Below, in pieces: positions 11,312 to 22,695 of a DNA stretch of 64,000 nt. The notes under the pieces are model-generated. The model was given only the letters and a program-made list of their open reading frames with translations. It made no database searches and was not told where the DNA came from. The stretch comes from a candidate division FCPU426 bacterium. Its GTDB lineage: Bacteria > Oederibacteriota > Muellerivitia > Muellerivitales > Muellerivitaceae. Positions within the stretch are counted from its first letter, which is position 1. The number at the start of each line of letters is the position of its first letter. The stretch covers positions 1-64,000 of the forward strand of contig CAWHOE010000027.1 in the NCBI GenBank assembly GCA_963830915.1, written 5' to 3'. Made by a program: the position numbers and the translations under genes.

Positions 11312-11612
11312 AATCCTTCAACTCCATGTTTGTATTTAATTAAACTAAATCATCATAATTTTTTAAATAACGCTTTGTTAATTGTGAAAAAAGGTAAAAT
11401 AAAAGACTTTTTTTAGTCCGCCTTCGGAACCGAAGACACCCGGAGGATGTACCCGTTCTTTCTGGGGGACGAATCTTCAGTCCGAACCAGGGAGCTCCAT
11501 TGGCATTGGCGCACAGGGGGGTCTGGCAGTTCTGCACGCGGGACAAACGTCCCGACAAGGCACCAGAACCACCATGTATCACAATCGCGTCGCAAATCGC
11601 AGTATAACACCT

Positions 11613-11672
11613 ATCCCCGCATACCAGGGGATCATACGGCAATGTATTACAGTCCGCCGGGCCGCCACGCAA
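11613..11672 (-). pseudogene. Second degenerate relic of a HIT gene 3' part
   Basis: Minus-strand reading VAARRTVIHCRMIPWYAG versus HIT AAAGQTVMHSHCHMIPRYAG; DNA aligns to ~5752-5818. Confidence 0.65.
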
Positions 11673-11732
11673 TCCCTAAATATCAGATGTTGTGTATTCA
11701 TTCATCAATCAGAACAGGAGAGGAATTGATTC

Positions 11733-11900
11733 ATGAACTGGCTTGGTTTGGCTGCGATTATAGTTGGATTGTTGTTAGTCGCATTTGCAGCACTCATTGT
11801 TTTCACTATCGTATTGGTAAAAATAGTAGTCGTTCTGGCGGGACTGGTTGCAATTGCGGCAGGCGTCGTAGTCCTCATGTCTAAATCCAAATCAACGTAA
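11733..11900 (+). CDS. Small two-TM membrane protein (55 aa)
   Basis: Manual translation MNWLGLAAIIVGLLLVAFAALIVFTIVLVKIVVVLAGLVAIAAGVVVLMSKSKST; GGAGAGG RBS. Confidence 0.65.
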   Translation: MNWLGLAAIIVGLLLVAFAALIVFTIVLVKIVVVLAGLVAIAAGVVVLMSKSKST

Positions 11901-12014
11901 GGCAAAAACAGATCCTTATCAGGTGATGAAAGAATCTTGCGGATGGAGCATTACTCAAGGCGTTCGATACCTGCTCCTCCCGAAGCTGTATTCTTATTCG
12001 CTCTGTTGAATGAC

Positions 12015-12284
12015 CTATAACGCAACTCCTACCAGATGCAGGACGATGACGATAACCACACCGAGCAGTCCACCAATTGCAGAGATCAGGATAGTAATCC
12101 AGTCGATCGGAAGATCGGTAGCACCAAAAAGGCTCATTATGTGAAACAGGTTTAAAAGAAAAAGGGCGATGACACCTACGATTGCGTTGATAACCAGGGC
12201 TACTACGTCTTTCAGGAGCAAAAAGATGATAACTACCACGATAATTGCGAGGATGATACCGACAAGAGAACCCAATACATCCAT
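12015..12284 (-). CDS. BofA (pro-sigmaK processing inhibitor)-like membrane protein
   Basis: LVINAIVGVIALFLLN..LPIDWITILISAIGGLLGV pattern. Confidence 0.7.
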   Translation of the reverse strand: MDVLGSLVGIILAIIVVVIIFLLLKDVVALVINAIVGVIALFLLNLFHIMSLFGATDLPIDWITILISAIGGLLGVVIVIVLHLVGVAL

Positions 12285-12301
12285 GATTAATCTTCATCCT
12301 T

Positions 12302-12514
12302 CTACTGGGTTGATTCGAAATATTTCAGGGCAGACGGGGCGTGTTTTTCCACTTCGTTGAAGAAATACTTGACCATTTTTTTATCTGAACCGGCAATTGA
12401 GCCAATTATCGTGACAATCAGCCAGTTCGGAAGGTCCGGGTGCTTGTCAAGAACACTCATGATCACAACAATGGTTTCATCGACATCAATTTTTGTTTTC
12501 CATGTGTATGGCAT
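12302..12514 (-). CDS. Hypothetical protein (70 aa)
   Basis: GGAGG RBS, clean ORF co-oriented with the bofA-like gene. Confidence 0.6.
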   Translation of the reverse strand: MPYTWKTKIDVDETIVVIMSVLDKHPDLPNWLIVTIIGSIAGSDKKMVKYFFNEVEKHAPSALKYFESTQ

Positions 12515-12676
12515 AGGTATCATCCTCCACAATGACGAATAATAAAAGCTATCTCAATTATCAATTTTTGCAACGTCTTTTTTTTGCAACAACCAACGAA
12601 TTTACTTAATTTCCTGCTACGTTCTGTTAAGGTACACCGTGTTACTTTCCTTAGAAGTGGTAATGTTCAGGTAATG

Positions 12677-12770
12677 ATCTGATGAAGGCACCAGAGACGT
12701 TTTTCTCTATAAAAAACTGAAAATCCGGCGTCAGAATACGCGGCCAGGGGAGGGAAGCCCCGAAGATCTT
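12677..12770. repeat. Dispersed hairpin-containing repeat, copy C
   Basis: atctgatgaaggcaccagagacgtttttctctataaaaaactgaaaatccgg..tacgcggccaggggagggaagccccg. Confidence 0.8.
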
Positions 12771-12833
12771 CTTCTTCCTAACATAAAGCCCGGTAACAGG
12801 ATATACCTGTCAGGGTTCATGTTCTTCTGCTTC

Positions 12834-13607
12834 CTATTCAAGTTCGGGTATAACCGGCAGTTCGTTGAACCGCTCCTGAATCAGGTATAGACCGGCAAGG
12901 GAGATGATCCCCAGTACCGCAATATATCCCTCGACGGGGAGAACGGATCGTATCCCCGGGCCGGTGAAAGAATAGGCGAACAGGGGTAGCGCACCGTCGG
13001 TGATCGTTTTCAGGAAAACCGACAGCCAGAGCCAGCGGAGTTTCCGGCACCTGTCTGCATAGACCACCAGGACCACGGCAAATACATGGATAAAAAGGGT
13101 AAAAACGCGTTCGATCACCGGAAGCGGGATAAATGCCGGAGCGAACTGGGCAAGGACTGCCGGGGTCAGGGTTCCCTGCAATGAAGGAGAAAGGAGAAGC
13201 GCCAGAACACTTGCGAAAGAAGAGAAACCGAGCACAATGGCTTCGGTACCGCCAAACCCGATACCTAAAGCAACTGCTTCCTTAAACCCGGAATGGGCCA
13301 GGGACGTATGTTTTACAACGAGGTACGTGATACCGCTTTCCAGGAACCCGGTTCGCAGGCCCAGGTATAACGACATTATCACAACAACGGTGAAAACCGG
13401 AAAATCTGCAAGCAACGCCGACTGGATTGGCTGGGTGATAGTCAGGTCCATGGCGAGCTTGATCCCAATCGCAATCGCCCAGAGAATGCCCCCGATTAAA
13501 AAGTACTTGAGGCCGGTATGGTATTTCAGGTGCCAGTATACCATTGCACTGGCACCGACAGCTATCATGCCGATGCCGGAAAGCAGGTTGAATCCGCTTA
13601 TGGGCAT
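12834..13607 (-). CDS. YhfC-like intramembrane glutamic protease
   Basis: GFLESG, GIGFGGTEA and IERV..L.IH motifs; multi-TM. Confidence 0.75.
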   Translation of the reverse strand: MPISGFNLLSGIGMIAVGASAMVYWHLKYHTGLKYFLIGGILWAIAIGIKLAMDLTITQPIQSALLADFPVFTVVVIMSLYLGLRTGFLESGITYLVVKHTSLAHSGFKEAVALGIGFGGTEAIVLGFSSFASVLALLLSPSLQGTLTPAVLAQFAPAFIPLPVIERVFTLFIHVFAVVLVVYADRCRKLRWLWLSVFLKTITDGALPLFAYSFTGPGIRSVLPVEGYIAVLGIISLAGLYLIQERFNELPVIPELE

Positions 13608-13732
13608 AGTCTCCTCTGGCGGGGTTGTATCGGACGATTCGTTTATATTATTTTTGATGAATTACACGGAAACGTCATCCGGGCACCCAAAAAGATACCG
13701 ATATATCCCATGGATTTGAAAAAGGGCTGTAT

Positions 13733-14848
13733 ATGCTCAGGAATGTTTTAGGATGTATCCTGGTCATGCTGGTTGTTGTGCCCGTTCTCGCTGACACTAC
13801 GCCCCAACCCTGGAACTGGAGTTCCTACAGCGGGTCAACCCAATGGCAGGTGACGGTAACGGAAGACGATTCCGGCTGTAATGGGGGAGCTACTACCACA
13901 CAGAGCCCGGTAACTATCCAGTTTAACCAGGGAACTGCCGTTATGGGCGATATCGGCCATGGATCCGCCGGTGGAACGTTTATTTCCGGGCAACATATTA
14001 CACATACCCGGAAGAACGGTCGCTGACCCCCCGGGAAGTTCGGCATTATCGGAATATGATATCTTCTTTACCACGGATTGTTCCGCATTTACCGGAAAAT
14101 ACAGCTGGAGCTATACCGGCCCGGATACTGCTGGCGCCTGCACGGGAACAACTTCATTCAGCGGGACAAACAGCCAGGGATGCCCGGTGGCAACCGCAGT
14201 GACACTCATTCCTTCAGTTGCACCTGCCTCCACAGGATATATTTCTTCAGCTATCGGAAGCGCGCACTACGATCTGATCAATGATCTTACCCTACGTGAA
14301 CAGATGACAAACCAGGAAAATGACATCACCAGGTATGAAATCGCAACCGCGGGAACCGGACGGGGACACGCCGGAAGATTGCCCAGGAGAGGTTGATGGT
14401 TGCAAAAGAAAAAGCCCAGGTCGATGCAACGGAAGCGAAAATTGAAGGGGAATATAAAGCGATACTCGATAAAGACCCCACGAATTTCCAGGCGAACTGG
14501 GATCTGGCACAGCTGAAAAAGGGCCAGGGTAACTATGAAGAATATTTCAATGATGTTTCAACGGCTCTCAGCAACAAGGATATCGCCAAGGCTACGCAGG
14601 ACGAGATCAGGAAGAATATAGCAACGAGTCTCGGTCTGTCCGAGTACCCGCCAACGACGGCAAACAGCTATTTCATTCAGCGGCTTACTGTTGATGCTGG
14701 CGCCGTGCAGAGCGTGTACGGGATAAATGCCGGGCAGGGATCAACCGATCCTGCTGTCGAGCCACTACGACTTTTTAGCATCTACGGGCACTTGGAAGAC
14801 ATCGTGAAATCGATCCCTGTTGGCGGGCCGGGTACGGCGGGGGGCTGA
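13733..14848 (+). CDS. Secreted protein with C-terminal helical/TPR-like part; two frameshifts
   Basis: Signal peptide; contiguous ORFs 13733-14026, 13959-14396 and 14393-14848; ILDKDPTNFQANWDLAQL TPR-like motif. Confidence 0.6.
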
Positions 14849-14855
14849 TGTTTCC

Positions 14856-15272
14856 ATGCAAAGCAGAATAAGGTATACCGTGATACTGCTGACTGTACTC
14901 CTCCTGGCGGCAACCTTCGCCGGCTGCACTTCCAATAATACACCCGTGGCTTCACAAAACGCACCCACCCCGGCCGAGGCCGGGTTCATCACCGCTGCAA
15001 ATGCCTGCACAGATGCAAATATAACTGTCATCGATGATGTCGGGACCATGCGCTACGCGTCTTCTCTAGGCTGCGTTTTTACAAAGACACTTGTCAGCCT
15101 GAACGCCACCGAAACGCAGGAGATGAAGAGCCTGCTTGAGGGGAAAAGCATGACCTGCATGTATACGAAGGGAAATTTTGACCCGCAACTGGTTACATCG
15201 TTGGTTGGCGGGATGGAGAACTGTACCGGAGACCTGAAAGACGATATCGGAAACCTGGTTATCTTCACCTGA
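14856..15272 (+). CDS. Cys-containing lipoprotein
   Basis: Lipobox FAGC plus four further Cys. Confidence 0.75.
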   Translation: MQSRIRYTVILLTVLLLAATFAGCTSNNTPVASQNAPTPAEAGFITAANACTDANITVIDDVGTMRYASSLGCVFTKTLVSLNATETQEMKSLLEGKSMTCMYTKGNFDPQLVTSLVGGMENCTGDLKDDIGNLVIFT

Positions 15273-15555
15273 AAGGGGCAAACATGATGGTGAAAGGCAA
15301 AGGTTGTGCCGATTATTACCGTAACATGCATCCTCGGAAAACAAAAGAAGAGGCATTAGAAGATGTCACAGACGGATTTTTTACCTGTCTTTCCGATAAG
15401 TCTGACATTAAAGAAGTCAAAAACCGGTAATTTTTTTCCGGACCCTGACGGGTTATCGGCAGACTTCAGAAATCCATATTCCGTAATTAATCCGAAAACA
15501 GATCCCCGGAACACAATCCAACCGGGGAATCCATTCACGGAATGGCACACAGTGA

Positions 15556-17045
15556 CTAACTATAGTGCTGATATCTCAGCTGGAGCAGGCGCTCGGCGTA
15601 CTCGCAGACCGTCTCAACTGTTTTTATCCGTGCATTCCATTTATCATCAGAATTTATAAAAATCCAGGGAGCGCCCTTCGTGCTCGTTTTTTTGAACATC
15701 TCGTCTATGGCCTCGCTGTAACTGGCCCATTTCTGCCGGTTCCGCCAGTCTTCTTCGGTGATCTTCCACTGCTTGAGGGGGTCATTTTCCCTCTCCCGGA
15801 ACCGTTTGAGCTGCTCTTCGGGGCTGACCTCAAGCCAGAATTTCAGGATGCCCCCGCCCCATGAGCGGAATTCTTCTTCGATTTCGTTTATCTCGGAATA
15901 TGCCCGTTTCCATTCGGCGTGAGTGCAGAAACCTTCCACCCGTTCCACAAATGCCCTGCCATACCAGCTCCGGTCATAGATCGTCATATGACCCTGGCGG
16001 GGATATTTCCTGATAAACCTCCAGAGATAATGATGATCCTTTTCAAATTCGTTTGGACCCCCAACGGGAGTGACCCCGTAACCTCGTGGGTTTAAATCGT
16101 GCGTGAGGCGCATTATTGTACCCCCTTTCCCCGCAGCATCCCTTCCCTCAAAGATAACGATAAGCGGGATATTGCGTTTGAAAAAGATGGTCTGCATATC
16201 GCCAAGCATCAACTGTGCGGCCACAAGTTTTTTCCTGTACGTCTCCTTGTCGAGCCTGACCGGCTTTTCCTCGTCTCGTTTGACCGGGACAAGATCGGGA
16301 GTGAATGTGTCATGCTGCTTCCGGGAGGAACTTTCCCTGCCGCCGTCTCTCTTTTCAAGGGCATTTATGACTGTCTGGTATGCCCTCATGATGGCGAACG
16401 GGGTATCATTGGCCCCGATGACCGTCCAGGGAGCATTGGGAGTACTGGTTTCCTTAAGGAAGGTATCAATGACCGGGAAATACGTGTCATATTCGCTGTG
16501 GAAATCCCAGTCATCTGAAGTTACCATCCACGAGGTAAGGGGGTTTGTCTCACGGTCAATAAAGCGTTTTTGCTGCTCTTGTTTACTGATGTGGAGAAAG
16601 ATCTTGACGATAATCGTTTTGTCATCGGTGAGCTGGCGCTCAAACCGGTTGAATGACTGGATAGCTTTGTCAACGCGTTTTTCCCAGGCCGGGTGTTTGG
16701 TGGTCTCCGCAAGGGCCCGACTGCACCACTCCGGTCAAAGATGGCGATCCCGCCTTTGGGGGGAACGCGGTTCCAGAATCTCCACAACAGCGGACGGTGC
16801 AGCTCTTCGTCAGCAGGAGGTCCGATAGTCGAGAGCTCGATGCCCCGGGGGTCAAAAGCACGGACGAGTTCCTTGACCGTTAACGAAATTCCTGCGGCAT
16901 TCCAGCCTTCAATGACAATAATTACCGGGATTTTGCCGGCATGAAGCTCCCGCTGAAGCTGCCCGAGACGTACCCTCATAGGATCCATTTCCTTATCGAA
17001 AGTCTTCTGATCGATCTGTTCTGTCAGGTCGCATTTTTTCAGCAT
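15556..17045 (-). CDS. ppk2: Two-domain polyphosphate kinase 2 (polyphosphate:AMP phosphotransferase type); frameshifted
   Basis: IEGWNAAG..FDRS in domain 1; FEGRDAAGKGG, DRSWYGR and WKITEEDWRNR in domain 2. Confidence 0.9.
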
Positions 17046-17431
17046 CGTGATCCCCCTTCCCGCCAAAAAGCAGAACTGGAGTGTTCATTGTCTTCTTGGT
17101 GAGACGTTACATAATAACAACGCTGTTTTGGATACCGGGATCAGAAAGAAAAGTCCGGTCCCAGACGTCCGGGATCATAATGGCCGCGAAACCGGCGTAG
17201 ACATTGACATTGTGTTTTTCGATCTGCGTCGCCAGCAGCCCGTTGCATCTTTTGCAGTAGATGAGCGCCGCCAATGCTCAATCCTTCACAAGAACCGAGG
17301 TCTGCCCTGCAATATTGCCTATTGTAGCCGTATACGTAATTATAATAATTTGTAATATCAATTTCAAGTTATCCCTGGCTTTTCTGTAAAAAAACAATGG
17401 TGATGAAGGGCTTTGGGCGGGGTGAACTGAT

Positions 17432-17902
17432 ATGGCAAAAGCAGGAGCAACAACGAAAAAAAGCGATGTGAAAAAGAAACCGGCAACCGCGGCAAAGAAG
17501 AAGGCACCAGCTAAAAAAGAGAGTGTTCCTTTACGATACAAGTGCAGAATGTGCGGATATATCTATTCGCCGCTTCGCGGGGAACCGCATAATGGCATTC
17601 CTGCCGGTACCGCTTTTGAGGATCTCCCGGAGGACTATGTATGCCCTGTGTGCGGATACCAGGGCAAAGGCAAGATAGGAAAATGGGGTTTTGAAGAGTG
17701 GAGGCCAACCCGGTACCTGTGCTCCATGTGTAGTTACATCTATGACGAGAAACGCGGTGAGCCTCACCGGGGAATAAAACCCGGGACGAAATTCGAGGAT
17801 CTCCCGGAGGACTATGTCTGTCCGGTGTGTGCACAGGACCCGAAGATCCGCGTTCAGTTCGGGAAGGTATTCAAACAGGGATTCCAGCCTTTGAACGAAT
17901 AA
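17432..17902 (+). CDS. Tandem double rubredoxin with K/A-rich N-terminal tail
   Basis: Two CxxC.YIY...[20 protein letters not shown] units. Confidence 0.9.
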   Translation: MAKAGATTKKSDVKKKPATAAKKKAPAKKESVPLRYKCRMCGYIYSPLRGEPHNGIPAGTAFEDLPEDYVCPVCGYQGKGKIGKWGFEEWRPTRYLCSMCSYIYDEKRGEPHRGIKPGTKFEDLPEDYVCPVCAQDPKIRVQFGKVFKQGFQPLNE

Positions 17903-18034
17903 CCGCAGGTATGCTTCCAGCCTGTCCCTTTTTTTGGTCCTCCTGATACAGTTACCGGTCGTTTTTCCCGTTCCCGCATGCACGGGGCCCATAAAAAAGA
18001 TGAGATTATCCTCTTTGCCGCCCCAGAAGGTAGT

Positions 18035-19181
18035 ATGATACTTCCCCCCTCCCGTGCGGATGCCTTTACGGAATCCGTGATCCGGGAGATGACCCGGCTG
18101 AGCCTCGCACATGAGGCGATCAACCTCGCCCAGGGGTTTCCTGATTTCCCCTGCCCGGACGAACTCAAAAAGGCTGCCTGCGATGCAATTACCGGGGACT
18201 ACAACCAGTACGCGATCACCTGGGGGGCACAGGATCTCCGGCAGGCGATCGCCCGGAAGGTTAAGGGGTACAATGGGATAGAGGCGGACCCGGAAACGGA
18301 GATCACGGTCACCTGCGGATCTACCGAAGCGATGATGGCATCCATGATCGCGCTCGTAAACCCGGGGGACGAGGTGATCGTGCCCGAACCTTTCTACGAG
18401 AATTACGGGCCGGATGCGGTCATCTCCGGGGCCGTCCCCCGCCATGTCCCGCTTGGTGACGGCAGCAGGCCGCTGGACGAAGAGGCATGGAAAACGGCGT
18501 TCTCCGGAAAGACCCGGGCGGTCATCATCAATACCCCCAACAACCCGACTGGGAAGGTCTTTTCCAAAAACGAGCTGCAGTTTATTGCTGACCTCTGCCT
18601 CGAGCACGACGTTATCGCTATTACCGACGAGATCTACGAGCATATCCTCTACGATGGGCACCGGCACGTCTCGATCGGGTCGCTTGCCGGTATGGAAGAC
18701 CGAACAGTCACCATCAACAGCCTCTCGAAGACCTACAGCGTGACCGGATGGCGGGTGGGGTACACGGTTGCCGATACCCGGCTCGACTGCACGCATCAGG
18801 AAGATCCACGATTTCCTCACGGTAGGGGCACCGGCTCCCCTCCAGCACGCCGCGGTTGCCGCACTCGACCTGCCTTCTACGTACTACGAGGGGCTGGCCC
18901 GGGACTACACCATCCGTCGGCAGGTTCTCTACGACGGCCTGAAGAAAGCGGGATTCTCCTGTCAGCTTCCGGAAGGGGCGTACTATATCTTCACGGACAT
19001 CTCCGGCTTCGGGATGACGGATACTGCTTTTGCCCGCTATCTTATCGAGTCTGTCGGCGTTGCGGCAGTGCCGGGAAGCTCGTTCTGTCAAAAGGGGGGA
19101 GAGACAAAACTCCGGTTCACCTTCTCCAAAAAGGAAGAGACCCTCCGCGAGTCCTGCCGGCGTCTGGAAAAACTCGGGTAA
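18035..19181 (+). CDS. Class I/II PLP-dependent aminotransferase (frameshift ~18780)
   Basis: INLAQGFPDF, NTPNNPTGKV, DEIYE, SLSKTYSVTGWRVG. Confidence 0.92.
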
Positions 19182-19722
19182 CCTTTTTTCAGATACCCCC
19201 GGGGGCATAACCCTTATCCGCCATGAAAAAAGGAAATCAGCAGTATTATAGCGTGAACAGGGTTTTTTTCTCTACGATGATCTCAAGAAGATTGTGCTTA
19301 AAACGGAAGGAGTCGCACGAATATCTCGGAAAACCTTGCCAGTCCGGGGTATTGATCAACCGCAGGTTTATCTAATAACCTCCTGCAGTGGGCCTGATCC
19401 TGTATTACGCAGATTCGGCCTTAACAGTTCTCAGACTAGCGGATTCTACCCGGTCAAATACCCTGAGAATTTTTACACCAACAAGATTATTCTGATCATC
19501 ATAATCCTGGATTATGTCCCTTTGCACAGCGAAAGAGCGAGTTTTCGATCGTACACTCCACCAGATTTTTACCCTTCTTTATGGACAGACAAAAATCGGG
19601 TTCTCCAAGAATACCGGTCTATGCATTTTTTTCAAAAAAAAGAGTCAATAGAGGGAAGACTACAGAGACGCAATTCTCTTCCAAAACCCATTTATGCCGG
19701 CGCGTTTGCAATAGTAAATTAT

Positions 19723-20238
19723 ATGTCATCACGAGGGAACCATCCCATAGGACCTTTGATTGGTCTCGGTGTGCTTTTTCTTGCTGCTGCAGGGCTCACC
19801 ACGTATTTCGCGTTCCCCATTCTCCCCACCTGGTTTGCTGGACTGATAAAACCCGTCTCTCTTCCCGTGGACACGTTTATGCTTATGACAGGCGTATGTA
19901 TTGCATACCTGCTCCTTGGGGGTTCAATCCTCTTCATCTGGCATGCGGAGCATATGAAGGAGCATGAACGGTTGCTCTGCCTTTCCTTTCTGGCCTTTGC
20001 TATCATCCTGATAGGGTTATGGGGCTATTTTTTCTTCGGTCTCAGGTCACCTTTCATGGGTATCCTGGCCAGTGTATTTGTAATCGCCATGCTCCTTGCC
20101 ACCATGATACAGTCCGTTAGGGTATCTTTCGGTGCCACGCTGCTCCTCAGCGTCGTCGTTATCCTCACATTCCTGATCGGGTACGTAAATTACCTTATCA
20201 TTGTGTTTAACCCGTCGCTGCCATTCTTTGGAACGTGA
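19723..20238 (+). CDS. TspO/MBR-like membrane protein (start may be 19621)
   Basis: WFAGLIKP..LP and LWGYFFFGLRSP motifs; five TM segments. Confidence 0.65.
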   Translation: MSSRGNHPIGPLIGLGVLFLAAAGLTTYFAFPILPTWFAGLIKPVSLPVDTFMLMTGVCIAYLLLGGSILFIWHAEHMKEHERLLCLSFLAFAIILIGLWGYFFFGLRSPFMGILASVFVIAMLLATMIQSVRVSFGATLLLSVVVILTFLIGYVNYLIIVFNPSLPFFGT

Positions 20239-20611
20239 AAAACAGCAGCGGCAGGGACGTTACGAACCGTTCGGCAAAAAGACTTCCAGACCGCTGGCAT
20301 AGCACAAACCGCAGGCTACTAGAGCGAAAACAAATGCCCACAATGATGGAGTTCCGGTAAGAAAGAAGGTGACCAGCACAACGCTGTATACAGAAAGAGC
20401 AGCGATCACTTTTCCCGGCATCTATTGATTGTTAATCCGTTTGTTATAATAAATCTTCCAAAATACTGTTCTGCGAGATCTTTGGGAGTGATTTTTCAAT
20501 CCCGTTCTGGAAGAGATATATCACTTTCCGACACTTTGGCAGAACACGGAAATTTATGTATGAGAGATCAACCAGAACCTGTACAGAGAAATAGTCATCC
20601 GGGTGGAATGT

Positions 20612-21061
20612 ATGAGCGACAATAAACAGTCAGATCTTATCAAAAGTTTTGTGGATTACCTCATTACATCACAAAAGATTGAGGTTTTCAACTATACGAT
20701 CTTCGTGAACAAGGAAAAGGATGCTTTTTTTGTTCATGCCGTACCCCATTTTCCCCTCGTCCGATTAAAAATCGACAATGACAAAAACAAAAAGTCTATC
20801 GAGGTAGCGCTCAAAATAACCGAAACTGCAGCAGAAAAACCTGCGGATGCCCTGGACCGGGTCTGTTCATTTGAAGTCTGCGTTACCAGGGACGACACGG
20901 GAAAACTCCGGGTCCAGACTGACCTGGCAAAAGACGCACTCTTTGCACAATTACCGGGCCCGGTTACGGATGCAATAAAGAAGGTTTATGCTGAACTTGA
21001 GAAGAGCAACGCAGCGCTCCAGAACCAGCTCCAGGCATGGTATGACGAACATGCCCGGTGA
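20612..21061 (+). CDS. Hypothetical protein
   Basis: 149-aa clean ORF with GGTGG RBS. Confidence 0.7.
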   Translation: MSDNKQSDLIKSFVDYLITSQKIEVFNYTIFVNKEKDAFFVHAVPHFPLVRLKIDNDKNKKSIEVALKITETAAEKPADALDRVCSFEVCVTRDDTGKLRVQTDLAKDALFAQLPGPVTDAIKKVYAELEKSNAALQNQLQAWYDEHAR

Positions 21062-21196
21062 ACCGGCTCCGCAACGTTTCTCAGGCATAATCCACCTCGT
21101 GCACCGGTTCACGGATCGAGACGGTGCATTGCGAGACTTTTTAAGAAGGTGCGAAAAAAACAGGAATCATTAACCGCCGGTTAGAGGTGGTATGCG

Positions 21197-21514
21197 ATGT
21201 CCAGTACTCTTGAAGGATTAGTCGAAATGCTTTCCGATGATAACGAGGGGACGCGGTGGAAGGCGGCGGAATCGCTGGGGCGGATGGGAGATACCCGGGC
21301 CGTGGAGCCGTTGATTGACACCCTGTGGGATGACGACGTTCGGGTGCGGTTAAAAGCTGCCTGGGCATTGGGCATGCTCGGAGATCCAAGGGCTCTTTCT
21401 CCTTTGCAGAAACTCTACCGGATGGAACGGGAGGATGCCCGGGATACCATCCAGGAAGCAATGGAGATGATCAAACTAAAGATGAGCGAGGCAATGAGCG
21501 GCAACCAGGAATGA
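21197..21514 (+). CDS. HEAT/PBS-lyase repeat protein
   Basis: RWKAAESLGRMGDTRAVEPLI and RLKAAWALGMLGDPRAL repeats. Confidence 0.9.
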   Translation: MSSTLEGLVEMLSDDNEGTRWKAAESLGRMGDTRAVEPLIDTLWDDDVRVRLKAAWALGMLGDPRALSPLQKLYRMEREDARDTIQEAMEMIKLKMSEAMSGNQE

Positions 21515-21631
21515 GTGTGTGCGAATATCCTTTTCTTTAAGTCCGTTCATGCAATGGCATCCGGAATAAATTAAAATTGATATCTGTTGACCCGCCAGAT
21601 GTCGTTGTTTTTGCGATAGTCCGTCAGGACC

Positions 21632-21964
21632 TTAAGGTTGTTGTCTGAGTCCGACAACGTTCCCGTCAGCGTCCCTTACCTGGGCTATGAACAGACCTCC
21701 ACCTACCTCCTTCGCGTCCTGCACAACCTCAGCACCGGCTTCAATCATTGCCTGGAGACTGCTTTTGATATCCTTCACATCGGTATAAGCAACAGGCCCA
21801 ATCGTGGAGTTAGGGTCTAATCCGATTTCCTGACTGCCAACCTTATACCCTACATAGTAAGTGCTTTCAACATACGGTTTGGCATCGAGAAACCTGCCAT
21901 AAAATGCTTTGGCTTTTTCTATATCGTGAACCGGATAAACGATTAGTTTAATGGTTTGTGCCAT
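21632..21964 (-). CDS. VOC/glyoxalase family protein
   Basis: PVHDIEKAKAFY..DADGNVVGL. Confidence 0.9.
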   Translation of the reverse strand: MAQTIKLIVYPVHDIEKAKAFYGRFLDAKPYVESTYYVGYKVGSQEIGLDPNSTIGPVAYTDVKDIKSSLQAMIEAGAEVVQDAKEVGGGLFIAQVRDADGNVVGLRQQP

Positions 21965-22143
21965 AATATTTCCCGCATAGAGATTAGAGATTAATAATTG
22001 TATGCTTCGCAGGTCTGGTGCTTTGTCGGGACCTGTTAAACAGACACCATCGATTAGACGGTATCCGTTTCTTTTGAGTCCCGTTCATGCACCGGCACAG
22101 TGGTTAAAAAAATTTATAATAGAATAGTGGATTTATCTCTACC

Positions 22144-22548
22144 ATGGGATTTTTTACAAGGGCTGACGTTATCATCACCGGTATTTTTACAGCCTTACTC
22201 ATCGCAGGCATCCTTGCATCAGGCTGCACATCCACATCTCCCGGGGGAGGAAGTTTGCCCACAATGCCCACTACGATCCCGGCAGTCACCCTGAGCGGAT
22301 CCTCCTGTGGACTTACGCCATGTCATGGTCTTGATCTCGCATGCAGTCCCAATCCCCCGCAGGAATGTTCAATGGTGTACGAGCTTGGCGACAAGTGCCG
22401 GGTGTATGCCCGGTGCGATACCAGTGAAGGAAGCTGCAGGTTAGTGGAGAACGCAACATTCGATGCCTGTAAAGCCTGTGTGGAACAGTGTGCCTCGAAC
22501 GCCGGGAGCAATGGACCCGCAGCCTTCGCATGCGAGGCGAAGTGCTAA
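22144..22548 (+). CDS. Cys-rich lipoprotein
   Basis: Lipobox LASGC; about twelve further Cys. Confidence 0.75.
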   Translation: MGFFTRADVIITGIFTALLIAGILASGCTSTSPGGGSLPTMPTTIPAVTLSGSSCGLTPCHGLDLACSPNPPQECSMVYELGDKCRVYARCDTSEGSCRLVENATFDACKACVEQCASNAGSNGPAAFACEAKC

Positions 22549-22695
22549 TGAAGAGTGGAACCGTGAGGGAACGATTTTCGAAGTTTGATTGTACTAACCC
22601 GGCGGTTCAATCATATTCCAAACGCGATCAGGGAATTATATATGCCACGGGCAGTAAAATTGCATGAAGTTTCGTTTTTCAGGAGTTTTTCTCCC

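Noticed and set aside
17110..17275. Small minus-strand ORF with CKRC upstream of ppk2
   Set aside because: TTG start, ambiguous frame, no second in-frame Cys pair; insufficient support
17531..18820. 429-aa minus-strand ORF
   Set aside because: Antisense shadow of the aminotransferase and rubredoxin genes; no recognisable motifs
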